A DNA stretch of 64,000 bases from positions 32,001 through 96,000 of IMG/VR virus record IMGVR_UViG_3300047323_000304. One strand, 5' to 3'. The notes under the pieces were generated by a model. That model did not search any database. It was not told where the DNA came from and worked only from the letters and a program-made list of their open reading frames with translations. Source of the stretch: a virus. Position 1 is the stretch's first letter, and every line of letters starts with the position of its first letter. Below are positions 1 to 10,164 of the stretch, piece after piece. A program made the translations under genes and the position numbers.

Positions 1-2
1 AA

Positions 3-341
3 ACTACCAATACAGGGAGTTTAGAAGAAGCTACAAGCAAATATAAAGCTTTACAAGAACAGCTAAATACAGTGAAAATAATAAAAGTAGATATAACTAA
101 AGAAAAATATAATAGCAGTTATCATAATGTTGAAGTTACTGTTCAAAATAATGGAAAAGAAAATATAAATTATGTAAAAATAGGATTAGATTTTAAAGAT
201 AAGAATGGGAATATTATTCAAAGTGATTGGACAAATGATAGTTCTGTTATAAAGCCTAATGCTAAACAGACTATTAAAAAGATGGTAAGTAATGATATTA
301 AATATGATACAGTACAGGCAGAAGTACAAGATTTTAGATAA
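3..341 (+). CDS. FxLYD-domain protein, 5'-truncated by window edge
   Basis: Frame is open from nt 3 (TTNTGSLEEA...) into the tracked ORF; VTVQNNGKENINYVKIGLDFKDKNGNIIQSDWT resembles the FxLYD Ig-like domain. Confidence 0.6.
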   Translation, partial: TTNTGSLEEATSKYKALQEQLNTVKIIKVDITKEKYNSSYHNVEVTVQNNGKENINYVKIGLDFKDKNGNIIQSDWTNDSSVIKPNAKQTIKKMVSNDIKYDTVQAEVQDFR

Positions 342-362
342 AATTAAATATATAAAATATGT

Positions 363-391
363 AAGACTAACCGATTTTGGCTAGTCTTTTT
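363..391. terminator. Bidirectional intrinsic terminator
   Basis: AAGACTAACC-gatttt-GGCTAGTCTT stem followed by a T run, between convergent genes. Confidence 0.6.
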
Positions 392-1070
392 TGTATGTGT
401 TTAATAAATTATTGGATTCATTTATAAAATTCATTAACTCATTATCACTTATTTCATATAGACCACCATTATTATAAATTTTAATAATTTTTGATATGAA
501 ATTTATAAGTGGCTTACTATTAGATTGTTTAACAATCAATGTATATAGAGAACGATAGGAAAGTATAAATTTAAATTGAAAAGAAGTTGTATTTTGATCC
601 CGATAAGCTTCTATTTCTTTTCTAATTCTAATTGGTAAAGAAGATAAATCTGCATTAGATATGATACTATTTATAATTAATTCTAAATTTTCTTCAAGAG
701 TATATTCTATATCTAATCTTTCTTGAATTTGTTCTATTTCATATAATTCATCTTCTTCACATAATTCATCATTAGTATAATTATTTCCGTTTTTAATTTT
801 ATCTATTATTTCTAAAGTTTCTGTATTTAATAAATTTTTCTTATTTGTATTATTATAATCAAAAATTGTTAATTGTGGTTCTATTTCAAATATATCATTA
901 GGCGTAATATCTAACATATTACAAAGCTTTTCTAATATATCATATTTAATGGAAGTAGTTTCACCTTTAACAATTTTCCCTAAATTATTTTGTGTAACTC
1001 CTATTTCTTTAGATAATGAGTATACTGATATATTTTTATTATCTAAAATTTCTTGTAATTTAATTTTCAT
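381..1070 (-). CDS. XRE/Cro-C1 family HTH transcriptional regulator
   Basis: N-terminal KLQEILDNKNISVYSLSKEIGVTQNNLGKIVKGETTSIKYDILEKLCNML is a typical XRE HTH. Confidence 0.85.
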   Translation of the reverse strand: MKIKLQEILDNKNISVYSLSKEIGVTQNNLGKIVKGETTSIKYDILEKLCNMLDITPNDIFEIEPQLTIFDYNNTNKKNLLNTETLEIIDKIKNGNNYTNDELCEEDELYEIEQIQERLDIEYTLEENLELIINSIISNADLSSLPIRIRKEIEAYRDQNTTSFQFKFILSYRSLYTLIVKQSNSKPLINFISKIIKIYNNGGLYEISDNELMNFINESNNLLNTYKKD

Positions 1071-1147
1071 TATAATTACCTCCTTTGTTTAAATATATTA
1101 TACCTCAACATATATTATGTTTGCAAATATTTTTTAAAAAATAACTA

Positions 1148-1176
1148 TTGACAGATAGTATGTGAAGAGATATTAT
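1148..1176 (+). promoter_or_regulatory. sigmaA promoter for Bro gene
   Basis: TTGACA-17nt-TATTAT; imperfect inverted repeat AGGTAAGTT/AATTTACCT at 1186-1208 just downstream. Confidence 0.65.
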
Positions 1177-1307
1177 GTATACATAAGGTAAGTTAATCCA
1201 ATTTACCTAAATAAAAATAAGGCAGTAACAATATTGCTACCACCAACTCTCGCAAAGTTAGTATAGCATAAAATTACTCCTTAATCAATAAGGGAGATGT
1301 ATTAATT

Positions 1308-1970
1308 ATGGGAAATCAATTACAAATTTTTAACAATGAGGAATTTGGACAAGTTAGAAGTATAAGATTGAAAGGAAAAGATTATTTTGTAGCCAATGAT
1401 ATAGCAAAGGCATTAGGTTATATTTCGCCAAAGGACGCAATTACAAGACATTGTAAGGGGGCGACAAAAGTAAGCTACCTTACTGAAGGAGGAAATCAAG
1501 AAGTTAAGTTTATTCCAGAAGGGGATATATTTAGATTAGTGTCTAGGTCAAAATTACCTAACGCTGAAAAATTTGAATGTTGGATATTTGATGACTTACT
1601 TCCAACACTAAGACGAACAGGGAAATATGAACTACATAATGAGGAAGATGAAAAATCACAAACAGAATTAGAACAAATAGCAACCAATATATTTGGACAA
1701 TTAGATACTAAAATCACTAAGTTGGATGAGTATTATAGACCTAGACATAAAACCAAACTAGGATTAAATAAATTTATTAAAGATTGTTTAGGTGATAATG
1801 CCACAACAGAGAATTGCAAGAAAGCTAAGAATACATTATTAACTCTTTTAGGTAATTATTCTATATATGAAGAAGTACCTATAGATAGATTACAAGATAC
1901 TAATACTATAGCTAGGTTATACGATATTTGCAAAAATATTAACAATTCTATAGTTGGAGGTATACAATAA
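1308..1970 (+). CDS. BRO-N family phage antirepressor
   Basis: LQIFNNEEFGQVR...YFVANDIAKALGY...AITRHCK...IPEGDIFRL...AEKFECWIFDDLLPTLRRTGKY. Confidence 0.9.
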   Translation: MGNQLQIFNNEEFGQVRSIRLKGKDYFVANDIAKALGYISPKDAITRHCKGATKVSYLTEGGNQEVKFIPEGDIFRLVSRSKLPNAEKFECWIFDDLLPTLRRTGKYELHNEEDEKSQTELEQIATNIFGQLDTKITKLDEYYRPRHKTKLGLNKFIKDCLGDNATTENCKKAKNTLLTLLGNYSIYEEVPIDRLQDTNTIARLYDICKNINNSIVGGIQ

Positions 1971-2719
1971 TGAGTGATTTGACTTATTTTGAAGTATTAG
2001 AATTACAAATGTACAAAGAAAAATGTATAACTCTTGGTATATATTATAAACATAATAATATCCAATACGATAAAGAAAAACTTAATGTAACAGAACTTTT
2101 ATATATAGAATTTGGTAGGTTTTGTGAGTATTATGAATTAGATTCTAGTTTATTTATTAACTATGAGAAGTATTTAGAATGTGGTGGAATTGAATGGAAT
2201 GTTGATAATAAAGAATTTGATTCAATAGAAGAAAATCAACTATATACTTTTATAAGAAGATTAAAAATTGGTGAATATAAAGTTATTTTATTTAATGAAG
2301 AAATTCCGATGGTTAATGATGAACATTATAATTCTATGGTGGGTTATGTATTTGATGAATTAAGAGAAGATAGTGTTATAGAAGTTGGTTTTGATACTCT
2401 AAAAATAATTCAAACCAATGGAGAAGAAATATTTTTAGAAGGACTAGAAGAAATATCAGAAGGAGAAATATTTGCAAGAAGATTTTTAAATAAATGTGAA
2501 TATGACACTTTAATTGTAAAAGACTTTTTGGGACAAGTTGATTTTGAAGATCATAATTATAAAGACATAAAAAAAGATAACTATTATTGCAAATGCAAAG
2601 ATATAACTAATATAAGAACAATGCCTGAAGATAGCGAACACTATAATATGAATTATGGGAATATTATAGTGGGATATGGAGAAGAAGATTTCTTTGAAGA
2701 AATTTGGCAACAAGGTTAA
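1970..2719 (+). CDS. Hypothetical acidic protein
   Basis: 249-aa ORF coupled to the Bro gene; terminator follows. Confidence 0.6.
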   Translation: MSDLTYFEVLELQMYKEKCITLGIYYKHNNIQYDKEKLNVTELLYIEFGRFCEYYELDSSLFINYEKYLECGGIEWNVDNKEFDSIEENQLYTFIRRLKIGEYKVILFNEEIPMVNDEHYNSMVGYVFDELREDSVIEVGFDTLKIIQTNGEEIFLEGLEEISEGEIFARRFLNKCEYDTLIVKDFLGQVDFEDHNYKDIKKDNYYCKCKDITNIRTMPEDSEHYNMNYGNIIVGYGEEDFFEEIWQQG

Positions 2720-2739
2720 TAATAAAATTTTAGATATTT

Positions 2740-2767
2740 AGAACTCATTTAACTATGGGTTCTTTTA
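2740..2767 (+). terminator. Intrinsic terminator
   Basis: AGAACTCAT-ttaact-ATGGGTTCT + TTT. Confidence 0.6.
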
Positions 2768-2802
2768 TTATGTTTAAAAATAAATAATAGGAGGTAAATG
2801 AA

Positions 2803-4815
2803 ATGAATAAAATAGAGTTCATTAAAGATGAATTTCTTAATCCTACACCTATATTATATTTATGTAGGGGAATTATTGAAACATCATTAAAAAGCAGAGA
2901 TTTTAATACAACAGTAAATATAGTTAAATCTGATAAACAAAATGAAGTTTCTACACTTGCTTTTGATATTCCATTTTCAAAAGATAGAAAAATAACTATT
3001 GATGATTGTGATAAACTTGTAAAATTTGAAAATGATTATTATTTAATTAAGGAAATTGAAGTAGAAGATGGAAGTACCCCAAATATAAAAATATCATGTG
3101 AAAGTGAAAATACTGAACTTAAAGGAATTTACTGTGAAACAATCAATGCAATAGGCGTTTCACCTTATGATATGTATTTGGCTATTATGAATTCAGTTAG
3201 ACATCCAATTGATTTAACAAAAAATTATAAATGGGCAGGAACAGATGTTGTCAATAAATTTAGACATTTGCAATGCGAAGAAGAACAATCTGTATTTCAA
3301 AATTTCGTATCTTTAGCAGAAGTCTTTAATGGTTGGCTTGAATTTACTACTGATGAGAGTGGACAAAATTGGATTTTCTTGAGAACCCAAGAAATAGATG
3401 ATGGGAAATTTATTAAAAAAAATCTTGATATGAAAACATTAAATATAACATCTGATAGTAAAGAGATATTTACTCAAGTTGAGTTATTCGGAAAACAAGA
3501 TGAACTAACAGGTCAAGAAATAAATATAATGACAGTTAATCCAAATGGGAAAAGTTGTTTAGAAAATTATAGTTATTATCTTTCAAAAGGAATTCCAACA
3601 AGTAATATAGATAATGAACCTAAATATCAACAATTAAAAGTTATTAGAGACGAAAAGTACACAACACCTCAAGATTTATATGATATGGGAATTGAAGAAT
3701 TAGCAAAATGTTCAATTCCTAAAATAGATGCGTCTCTTACGCTTAGCGATTTATCTATACATATAGATAGTCCAATTATACCTCCAGTAGTTGGTCATAA
3801 GCTTTTATGTATTGACAAAGATATAGATTTTATTTTTACGTGTAAGATTATTGGTGTAGAAAGACCATATAATAATCCTGCTGATGTAAAAATTGAAATC
3901 TCAAATGTAAATAGGTATGATACAGCGTATCAAAACATAAATCATACTGTAGATAATGCAAATAAAGTAATAAGTACAGACCCAACTAATACAGATGGTC
4001 AAAATACAGGAGATTCTAAACCCTACATAAAAATGAGCGATTGTAAAGATGGTGATCACTGGAATGCAACTAAAAGATTTGCTGATACATATTCATTGGC
4101 AACTCAACAAAGTGACCTCATTTCTCTAAGAGTTGATGAACAAAATCAATCATTTGCGGAGCTTCAGGTCACAGCAAATATGATTTCAACTCATGTGGAA
4201 GATATAAGTGATACAAATCATAGAGTATATTCAGAAATACAACAAACAGCTAGAAATATAAAAGCTGTTGTAGTAGAAGATCAAGATAGTGGAAGTGTAG
4301 AATTAAATAAAGATAAATTTGTAGTTGCCTTTAATGGTAGTACAAATAGAAATGCAGTAATAGATAGAAATGTAGGTTTAATACTGGGAAATCCTGACAC
4401 TGGAACGTTTAGCCAAATAGAATATGGTGGTAAATTATCTTTAATGATGCAAGGAGAGAAGCATCCATATCATTGTTTAGTAGATGGAGGAGTTAGAAGT
4501 TTTGAATGTACAGATAGTGGATATACAACATTTTATATTAATCTGCCAAATAAGTTTTCAGGAATAGATGATTCAGAAATAACAGTTATTTCAAGTGTTA
4601 GAAAAGTTTATGATACAAATATTGATTCTACAAACAATATTTGTTTTTGGTTTGGTTGCTATGCCAGTTGTGTAAATGGGAGAATCCAAGTCGATGTGAT
4701 GAGTAAGTGGAGAACTGTACAATATGAAGATGACTCAAATGGAGATAGTTGGGTAAAGGATATTAACGGTGAAAAGAATGGACTGATTGATATTTCATAT
4801 GTTATAATAGCATAA
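2803..4815 (+). CDS. Phage tail endopeptidase/tail-spike (Tal-like) protein
   Basis: 670 aa, GGAGG RBS; KLVKFENDYYLIKEI, IFTQVELFGK, final SLTLSDLS...VGHKLLCIDKDIDF..CKIIGVERPYNNPADVKIEISN architecture typical of prophage tail proteins. Confidence 0.75.
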   Translation: MNKIEFIKDEFLNPTPILYLCRGIIETSLKSRDFNTTVNIVKSDKQNEVSTLAFDIPFSKDRKITIDDCDKLVKFENDYYLIKEIEVEDGSTPNIKISCESENTELKGIYCETINAIGVSPYDMYLAIMNSVRHPIDLTKNYKWAGTDVVNKFRHLQCEEEQSVFQNFVSLAEVFNGWLEFTTDESGQNWIFLRTQEIDDGKFIKKNLDMKTLNITSDSKEIFTQVELFGKQDELTGQEINIMTVNPNGKSCLENYSYYLSKGIPTSNIDNEPKYQQLKVIRDEKYTTPQDLYDMGIEELAKCSIPKIDASLTLSDLSIHIDSPIIPPVVGHKLLCIDKDIDFIFTCKIIGVERPYNNPADVKIEISNVNRYDTAYQNINHTVDNANKVISTDPTNTDGQNTGDSKPYIKMSDCKDGDHWNATKRFADTYSLATQQSDLISLRVDEQNQSFAELQVTANMISTHVEDISDTNHRVYSEIQQTARNIKAVVVEDQDSGSVELNKDKFVVAFNGSTNRNAVIDRNVGLILGNPDTGTFSQIEYGGKLSLMMQGEKHPYHCLVDGGVRSFECTDSGYTTFYINLPNKFSGIDDSEITVISSVRKVYDTNIDSTNNICFWFGCYASCVNGRIQVDVMSKWRTVQYEDDSNGDSWVKDINGEKNGLIDISYVIIA

Positions 4816-4834
4816 TTTAAAGGAGTGAAAACAA

Positions 4835-5092
4835 ATGGAAAATAAAAAAATGACTATATTTTATCGTTTAAGAAATTTAGAAATTAGTGATACTTGTACA
4901 GGAGTACAAAGTTTTAGATATTTTGGAGAAAATATTGAAGATTATGAAATGATATATGGACGTTTAGTTCTAGATTATGACGTTTTTATTTTAAGAAATA
5001 CACAAGATTTTTATCTAGAAAAAAATGAAAATGGAGAAGTACAATTAAAAATGAAACTTGAGTTTCAAGAATCCTTAAAAAAATATTTATAA
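4835..5092 (+). CDS. Small tail-associated protein
   Basis: GGAGTG RBS; directly follows the tail protein. Confidence 0.55.
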   Translation: MENKKMTIFYRLRNLEISDTCTGVQSFRYFGENIEDYEMIYGRLVLDYDVFILRNTQDFYLEKNENGEVQLKMKLEFQESLKKYL

Positions 5093-5225
5093 ATAAATTA
5101 AAAATAATATATTGACAACTTTCTTTATTGGTGTTATTATTTAAATATACCAAGTAACAACAAAAAGTGGTATAATATTCTAAAAGAATATAAAATTTAA
5201 AATAAATATTAATTATGAGAGGAAA

Positions 5226-6020
5226 GTGTTAAATATGAAAAAGTCAATTAAAAAATTAATAACCTTGATTATTGCAACTACTACAATTTTAGGTACATCA
5301 GTTACAGCAAACGCAGAATGGAAACAAGACACTAATGGTTGGTGGAATACAGAAGGAAATTCTTATTCGACTGGTTGGAGAAATATTGACAACAAATGGT
5401 ATTATTTCGATAATAATGGGTATATGAAAACTGGTTGGTATCAAGATGCTGATGGAAAATACTATTATCTACAAACAGATGGAAGTATGGCTACCAATAT
5501 AACTACACCAGATGGATATAAAGTTGACGATAAAGGAGTTTGGGTGAAAACAACTAGTAATGCTATTAGTACAACAAATACAACTCAAAATCAAGTTGCT
5601 ACTAATGCAACAAATAGCACAAATAATCAAACTACATCATCTACTAGTAATGCAAGTTCAAGTTCTTCATCAAGTAGTAGTTCGTCATCAAGTAATTCAA
5701 ATAATAGTTCTAATAAAAATTATGTTTCTATATTTTATTTAAAAAATGATAATAATAAAATTACTGATGCAGGAACAGGTAAACAAACATTAGGATATTT
5801 TGGGCAAGAAAACTTAATAGAAACTGAGAAACAATATGGATTATTATATATAAATGCTAATGACTACGGAAAAACCGCGAAAGATTTTGCTAGAGAAGTA
5901 TTTGATAATTACGAAATAATCAATGATAATGGAATAGCAAAATTAGTAAAGAAATCAATACCCACTACATCCAATGCAACTACTCAAACAACTACATCCT
6001 CAGCAGTAACAGCATTATAG
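5226..6020 (+). CDS. Secreted cell-wall (choline-type) binding-repeat protein with S/T/N-rich linker (moron)
   Basis: Signal peptide ending ANA; WKQDTNGWW, WRNIDNKWYYF, WYQDADGKYYYL repeats; poly-Ser tract; own TTGACA promoter near 5111. Confidence 0.85.
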   Translation: MLNMKKSIKKLITLIIATTTILGTSVTANAEWKQDTNGWWNTEGNSYSTGWRNIDNKWYYFDNNGYMKTGWYQDADGKYYYLQTDGSMATNITTPDGYKVDDKGVWVKTTSNAISTTNTTQNQVATNATNSTNNQTTSSTSNASSSSSSSSSSSSSNSNNSSNKNYVSIFYLKNDNNKITDAGTGKQTLGYFGQENLIETEKQYGLLYINANDYGKTAKDFAREVFDNYEIINDNGIAKLVKKSIPTTSNATTQTTTSSAVTAL

Positions 6021-6050
6021 ATAATTAGTAAAAAAATAACAAAAAACATA

Positions 6051-6079
6051 TTGACATTAATAAACATTAGACATATAAT
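6051..6079 (+). promoter_or_regulatory. Consensus sigmaA promoter driving a short RNA
   Basis: TTGACA(6051-6056)-17nt-TATAAT(6074-6079). Confidence 0.8.
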
Positions 6080-6084
6080 AGTAA

Positions 6085-6166
6085 TTGTAAAGAAGTTATA
6101 TAATAAAATTCTACAAAGCATTTTATTTTAGATAAGACATTGATTGGTACTCAGTGTCTTATTTTT
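6085..6166 (+). ncRNA. Putative ~80-nt antitoxin/small RNA
   Basis: Consensus promoter, no ORF, ends in 12-bp stem ATAAGACATTGA/TCAGTGTCTTAT (G.U on this strand) + U tract; 5' end estimated. Confidence 0.55.
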
Positions 6167-6303
6167 ATGTCCAAAATAAAGGACTTTCTAATTATATTAC
6201 TTACCATCTCACGTAATTGGTACTTACGCTTTTAAAATATATAATTATAGTCATCCTTATATTAATTATCTTATCATCTGTTCATTAAAATGTATTAATG
6301 GGC

Positions 6304-6402
6304 TTAAACAAAGTGTAATACTACAGTTAAAACAATATTAATTATAGCTATAACAATAGTTTCATCTAAATGATTTTTCAAGAAATCCACAAAGCTTTTT
6401 AT
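6304..6402 (-). CDS. Putative type I toxin-like hydrophobic peptide (28-32 aa)
   Basis: GGAGG RBS then ATA (or GTG at 6390): IKSFVDFLKNHLDETIVIAIINIVLTVVLHFV*; promoter TTGTAT-17-TG.TATAAT at 6477-6449. Confidence 0.5.
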   Translation of the reverse strand: MKSFVDFLKNHLDETIVIAIINIVLTVVLHFV

Positions 6403-6629
6403 TTTAATCGCCTCCCTTCCCAATGGGATGTTTCAAGATGGCAATTAAATTATATCACTTATTACTAGAATATACAATTTAATACAAAAAACTATTAATA
6501 ACTTAGTGTAATATTTACTAGGTTGTTTTATTATGTCAAAAATTACTATACTATCAAGAATGTATAAACAAAATAAAAAGAATATATTAAAATAAAAACA
6601 CAATTTTAAAAGAAAGTTGGTGAGTAAAT

Positions 6630-6842
6630 TTGCCAAGTATATTAACAACAAAACATCAAGAAGCACAAGATGCTATTGCTAAAATGAACCAAAAATATAT
6701 AGATTCAAATATACAACTTAATAAAACAAAAGATGAAGGATTCAAAACATTAGAGAATAAATTAAAAGATGAAGCAGATTATCAGAAAAATACATTATTG
6801 AATGCTTATAAAGATATGAATGATTTACCCCCTGATGTATAG
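6630..6842 (+). CDS. Hypothetical protein
   Basis: 70-aa ORF with TTG start, upstream of the BppU-like gene. Confidence 0.45.
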   Translation: MPSILTTKHQEAQDAIAKMNQKYIDSNIQLNKTKDEGFKTLENKLKDEADYQKNTLLNAYKDMNDLPPDV

Positions 6843-6881
6843 TAAATAAAGTATAAATAATGAAAGGAGTTGATTGATTAA

Positions 6882-7892
6882 ATGGCAAATACAAGTATAT
6901 TTCAGATTGATAATATGGATGTTGATTTAAAAACATATGTAAAGCTTAGATGTAAATCATGTTTGGGGGATTCAGTAATATTCAAATTTTTAGTATACAA
7001 TGAATCAAGTCCAGTAAATTTATCTGATTATAAAATAGAATTTCGTGCAAGATTACCAAAATCAGGACAAGTATATTCTGAAACAGATAATATAACAATG
7101 AATGGAAATGAATTAACTGTAACCTGTGATAATGTTCTTACATCTGAAATAGGAGAATGTATAATTACATTGCGTTTGGTTGATATAATTACATATAAAC
7201 AAAAATCAAATTATATTATTATATTAAAGGTAATGTCTACAATAGATGCTGATGAAGAAATACAAACGAGTAGTACACTTAGTGCACTTTCTTCACTTGA
7301 TTATGCAATAGACAGATATTTTGAATTAAAGGTTGATTTATTAGACCAAATAACAATAGGAAATTTATTGCTAAATAATTTAATATCAAATATAGCCACA
7401 GGTAGCACATTAAATACAAGTTTAATAACACAAAATACAAATGCATCTTTAAATATATCTACATTAATAACCCAAAACAATCAAGCAACAAATAATATAT
7501 CAACATTAACAACTAAAAATAACCAAGCTACGAATAATGTTTCAGTATTAACAACTAAAAATAATGAAGCAATAACTAATACAAATAATTTAAATAACTC
7601 GATTAATATAGGGACTTCTTTAAATTCAAGTCTACATACTGAAAATATAATAGGAACAAAACTATTAGTAGATTTAAATAATGCTAATTCATTAATAAAT
7701 AAAAAAATAGATGACCACATTAACGATAATAATAGGCATTTAAGTATTGGAGAAAGAGAGTCATGGAATATGTATGCTACTCAAATAAATGATATAGCAA
7801 AATTAATTGATATTTTAATGGGTACTACTACAATTGTCACTGAAAATGGAGATAATATTATAACAGAAACAGGTGATATTTTAATCCTATAA
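6882..7892 (+). CDS. BppU-family baseplate upper protein with heptad repeats
   Basis: FKFLVYNESSPVNLSDYKIEFRARLPKSG N-terminus; repeated LITQNNQATNNISTL coiled-coil units. Confidence 0.75.
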   Translation: MANTSIFQIDNMDVDLKTYVKLRCKSCLGDSVIFKFLVYNESSPVNLSDYKIEFRARLPKSGQVYSETDNITMNGNELTVTCDNVLTSEIGECIITLRLVDIITYKQKSNYIIILKVMSTIDADEEIQTSSTLSALSSLDYAIDRYFELKVDLLDQITIGNLLLNNLISNIATGSTLNTSLITQNTNASLNISTLITQNNQATNNISTLTTKNNQATNNVSVLTTKNNEAITNTNNLNNSINIGTSLNSSLHTENIIGTKLLVDLNNANSLINKKIDDHINDNNRHLSIGERESWNMYATQINDIAKLIDILMGTTTIVTENGDNIITETGDILIL

Positions 7893-7924
7893 TAAATTAT
7901 AAATAAAGAAAGTGAGGAATTTAA

Positions 7925-9925
7925 ATGGCAAATATAGAAATTAAAAATTTGATATCTGCTACACCTAATACTGCTGATTTTGTACCTATAAGTAATAATG
8001 GAAATACAAGAAAAGCTACAATTGCAGAAATTAGAGGTGTAGTAAATGATTTAACTACAGGTGGTACAGATAAATCTCTATCAGCAGAAATGGGAAAGGA
8101 TATTGGAACGGAAATAATAGATGCTAGAAATGGTGAATCTAATTTAAAAATCAGAATAGATAAAGAAGAAAATGATACATTATTAAGAGAATTGGAGTCA
8201 ACTGGTTATGGAGTAATTAGTGGATTGACAATATCAGCACAAGGCACACCTAACATGACAATAAATGTTGCAACAGGAATAGTACATATGATTGATGGTG
8301 TAAGATTGTCTCCAACTGGAGATAATGCTTTGGTAATAACTACAGCAGATTTAGTTAATCCAAGAAAAGATATAATATATGCAAAAATAGATAATACAAT
8401 TGGATATTTAATAGGAACTCCAGCAAGTTCTCCAATAGCACCAGCTACGCCAGTAGGTGCTATTTTATTGTCTGAAATCAATGTATTAGCAAATGCCACA
8501 AGTATTACAAATGAAAATATAACAGATAAAAGAAAAATGAAAAATACTACAGATGATTTGAAAACTTTAGTAGATTCAAATGTGAGTAAAATTGGAGATT
8601 TAAATGGACTGGCTACTACAGATAAGAATAACTTAGTTAATGCAATTAATGAAAATACTACACAATTGTCAGAAAAAGCGAATAATTGGTTGCAAGGAAA
8701 AATAATTAATTTTATGGGAGATAGTATCACATATGGAGTTAATAGTGCTGATAGTGGGAACAGAATGCCTAGACCTTTCCCAGCAGTAGTCGGAACTATG
8801 CTAAATTGTACTACTAATAATTATGGTGTTAGTGGTAGCACCATTTGTGGAGATGGAGGGATGTGCGACAGAGTACTCACAATGGACACAAACGCAAGCG
8901 TGAATGTAGTTATGGGGGGCGTTAATGATAGATACGGTATATTAGGCACAATAAATGATAACACAAAAACTACTATATTTGGAGCGTTAAATATACTATG
9001 CACTAATTTAATCAATACTTATCCAAATTCAATCAATATATTAATTACCCCATTGAAAATTGATGACGTATATTCTAATCCGAATTTAACATTGAGTAGT
9101 ATATCGGAAGCTATTATTGCAATTGGTAATAAATACAATTTTCCAGTAGTTGATTTATATAATGGTTCTCCAAATTTGGAACCTAATATAGCAACCTTAA
9201 AAACCAGATGGATAAATGATGGAATACATCCAAATCAAGATTATGTCGATAAATTTTTAGCTAGAAAGATAACAAATAGTATACTTAGTTTAGATAGTAT
9301 TGGTTTTAGTAATAATGAAATGGCGTATGAAAAAACAAGTAGAACAATAACAGTCGGAGTTGGTAAAAATTTTACTACTATTCAAAGTGCAATTAATTCT
9401 GTTAAAAAAAATATTTCCAGTGGAGTTATTATAGATATAGTTGTTGATGCAGGAACTTATAATGAAACAGTAGTAATACAAGGATTTTACGGTGGCGGAA
9501 CTTTAAGAATTAACAACGGAAGAACTACAATTAATACTATTGTTAATAATGTCATATTATCAAATTGTTCAATAGTTGTATATATAAATGGTATTAATGC
9601 AATTAGCAGTACTGCTCATGGATTTAGTATATCAAATGCTTTAAATACTATATGCGCTTATATTTCAGCAACAGTAACTACAGCAACATATTGTGGATTA
9701 TTAACATTTTCTTGCCCTTCAATACAAGTTTCAAATTCAAATTTTTCAAATCATAATGCTGGGATTCAAGCAGATGGAAATTCTAAAATTTACTCTAATA
9801 CAAATAGTGGAACTGGCAATACTTACGGCTTGGTTGCTACTTCCAATTCTAGTATTGGGAAAAACGGTACACAACCAAGTGGCACAACAGCGGAGGGCTC
9901 TAATACAGGAGGTGTTATAAGGTAA
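7925..9925 (+). CDS. Tail fibre/receptor-binding protein with SGNH/GDSL hydrolase and C-terminal beta-helix
   Basis: FMGDSIT, NYGVSG, GGVND, DGIHP catalytic blocks; C-terminal TIQSAINS...beta-helix. Confidence 0.8.
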   Translation: MANIEIKNLISATPNTADFVPISNNGNTRKATIAEIRGVVNDLTTGGTDKSLSAEMGKDIGTEIIDARNGESNLKIRIDKEENDTLLRELESTGYGVISGLTISAQGTPNMTINVATGIVHMIDGVRLSPTGDNALVITTADLVNPRKDIIYAKIDNTIGYLIGTPASSPIAPATPVGAILLSEINVLANATSITNENITDKRKMKNTTDDLKTLVDSNVSKIGDLNGLATTDKNNLVNAINENTTQLSEKANNWLQGKIINFMGDSITYGVNSADSGNRMPRPFPAVVGTMLNCTTNNYGVSGSTICGDGGMCDRVLTMDTNASVNVVMGGVNDRYGILGTINDNTKTTIFGALNILCTNLINTYPNSINILITPLKIDDVYSNPNLTLSSISEAIIAIGNKYNFPVVDLYNGSPNLEPNIATLKTRWINDGIHPNQDYVDKFLARKITNSILSLDSIGFSNNEMAYEKTSRTITVGVGKNFTTIQSAINSVKKNISSGVIIDIVVDAGTYNETVVIQGFYGGGTLRINNGRTTINTIVNNVILSNCSIVVYINGINAISSTAHGFSISNALNTICAYISATVTTATYCGLLTFSCPSIQVSNSNFSNHNAGIQADGNSKIYSNTNSGTGNTYGLVATSNSSIGKNGTQPSGTTAEGSNTGGVIR

Positions 9926-10164
9926 TGAAAACATTAAAATTTAATAATGAAGAATTTAAAGCAGATAAAATTATAAAAAATGCTACAGATATCATTGGAC
10001 AAGATTTAGAAGGAAATGAGCTATTTGGATTTAGAGGAATATCTGATCTTAGTCAATTTATATTAGAAGAAGGACAAACTTTTGATATTGAATTAACTAT
10101 AGAAGAAAGAATGTCATTAATGCAAAAGGCAATAGATGACTTAACTTTAGGAGGTGCTTTATAG
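9925..10164 (+). CDS. Small tail-fibre-associated protein
   Basis: Coupled to the fibre gene; ends in ERMSLMQKAIDDLTLGG. Confidence 0.65.
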   Translation: MKTLKFNNEEFKADKIIKNATDIIGQDLEGNELFGFRGISDLSQFILEEGQTFDIELTIEERMSLMQKAIDDLTLGGAL

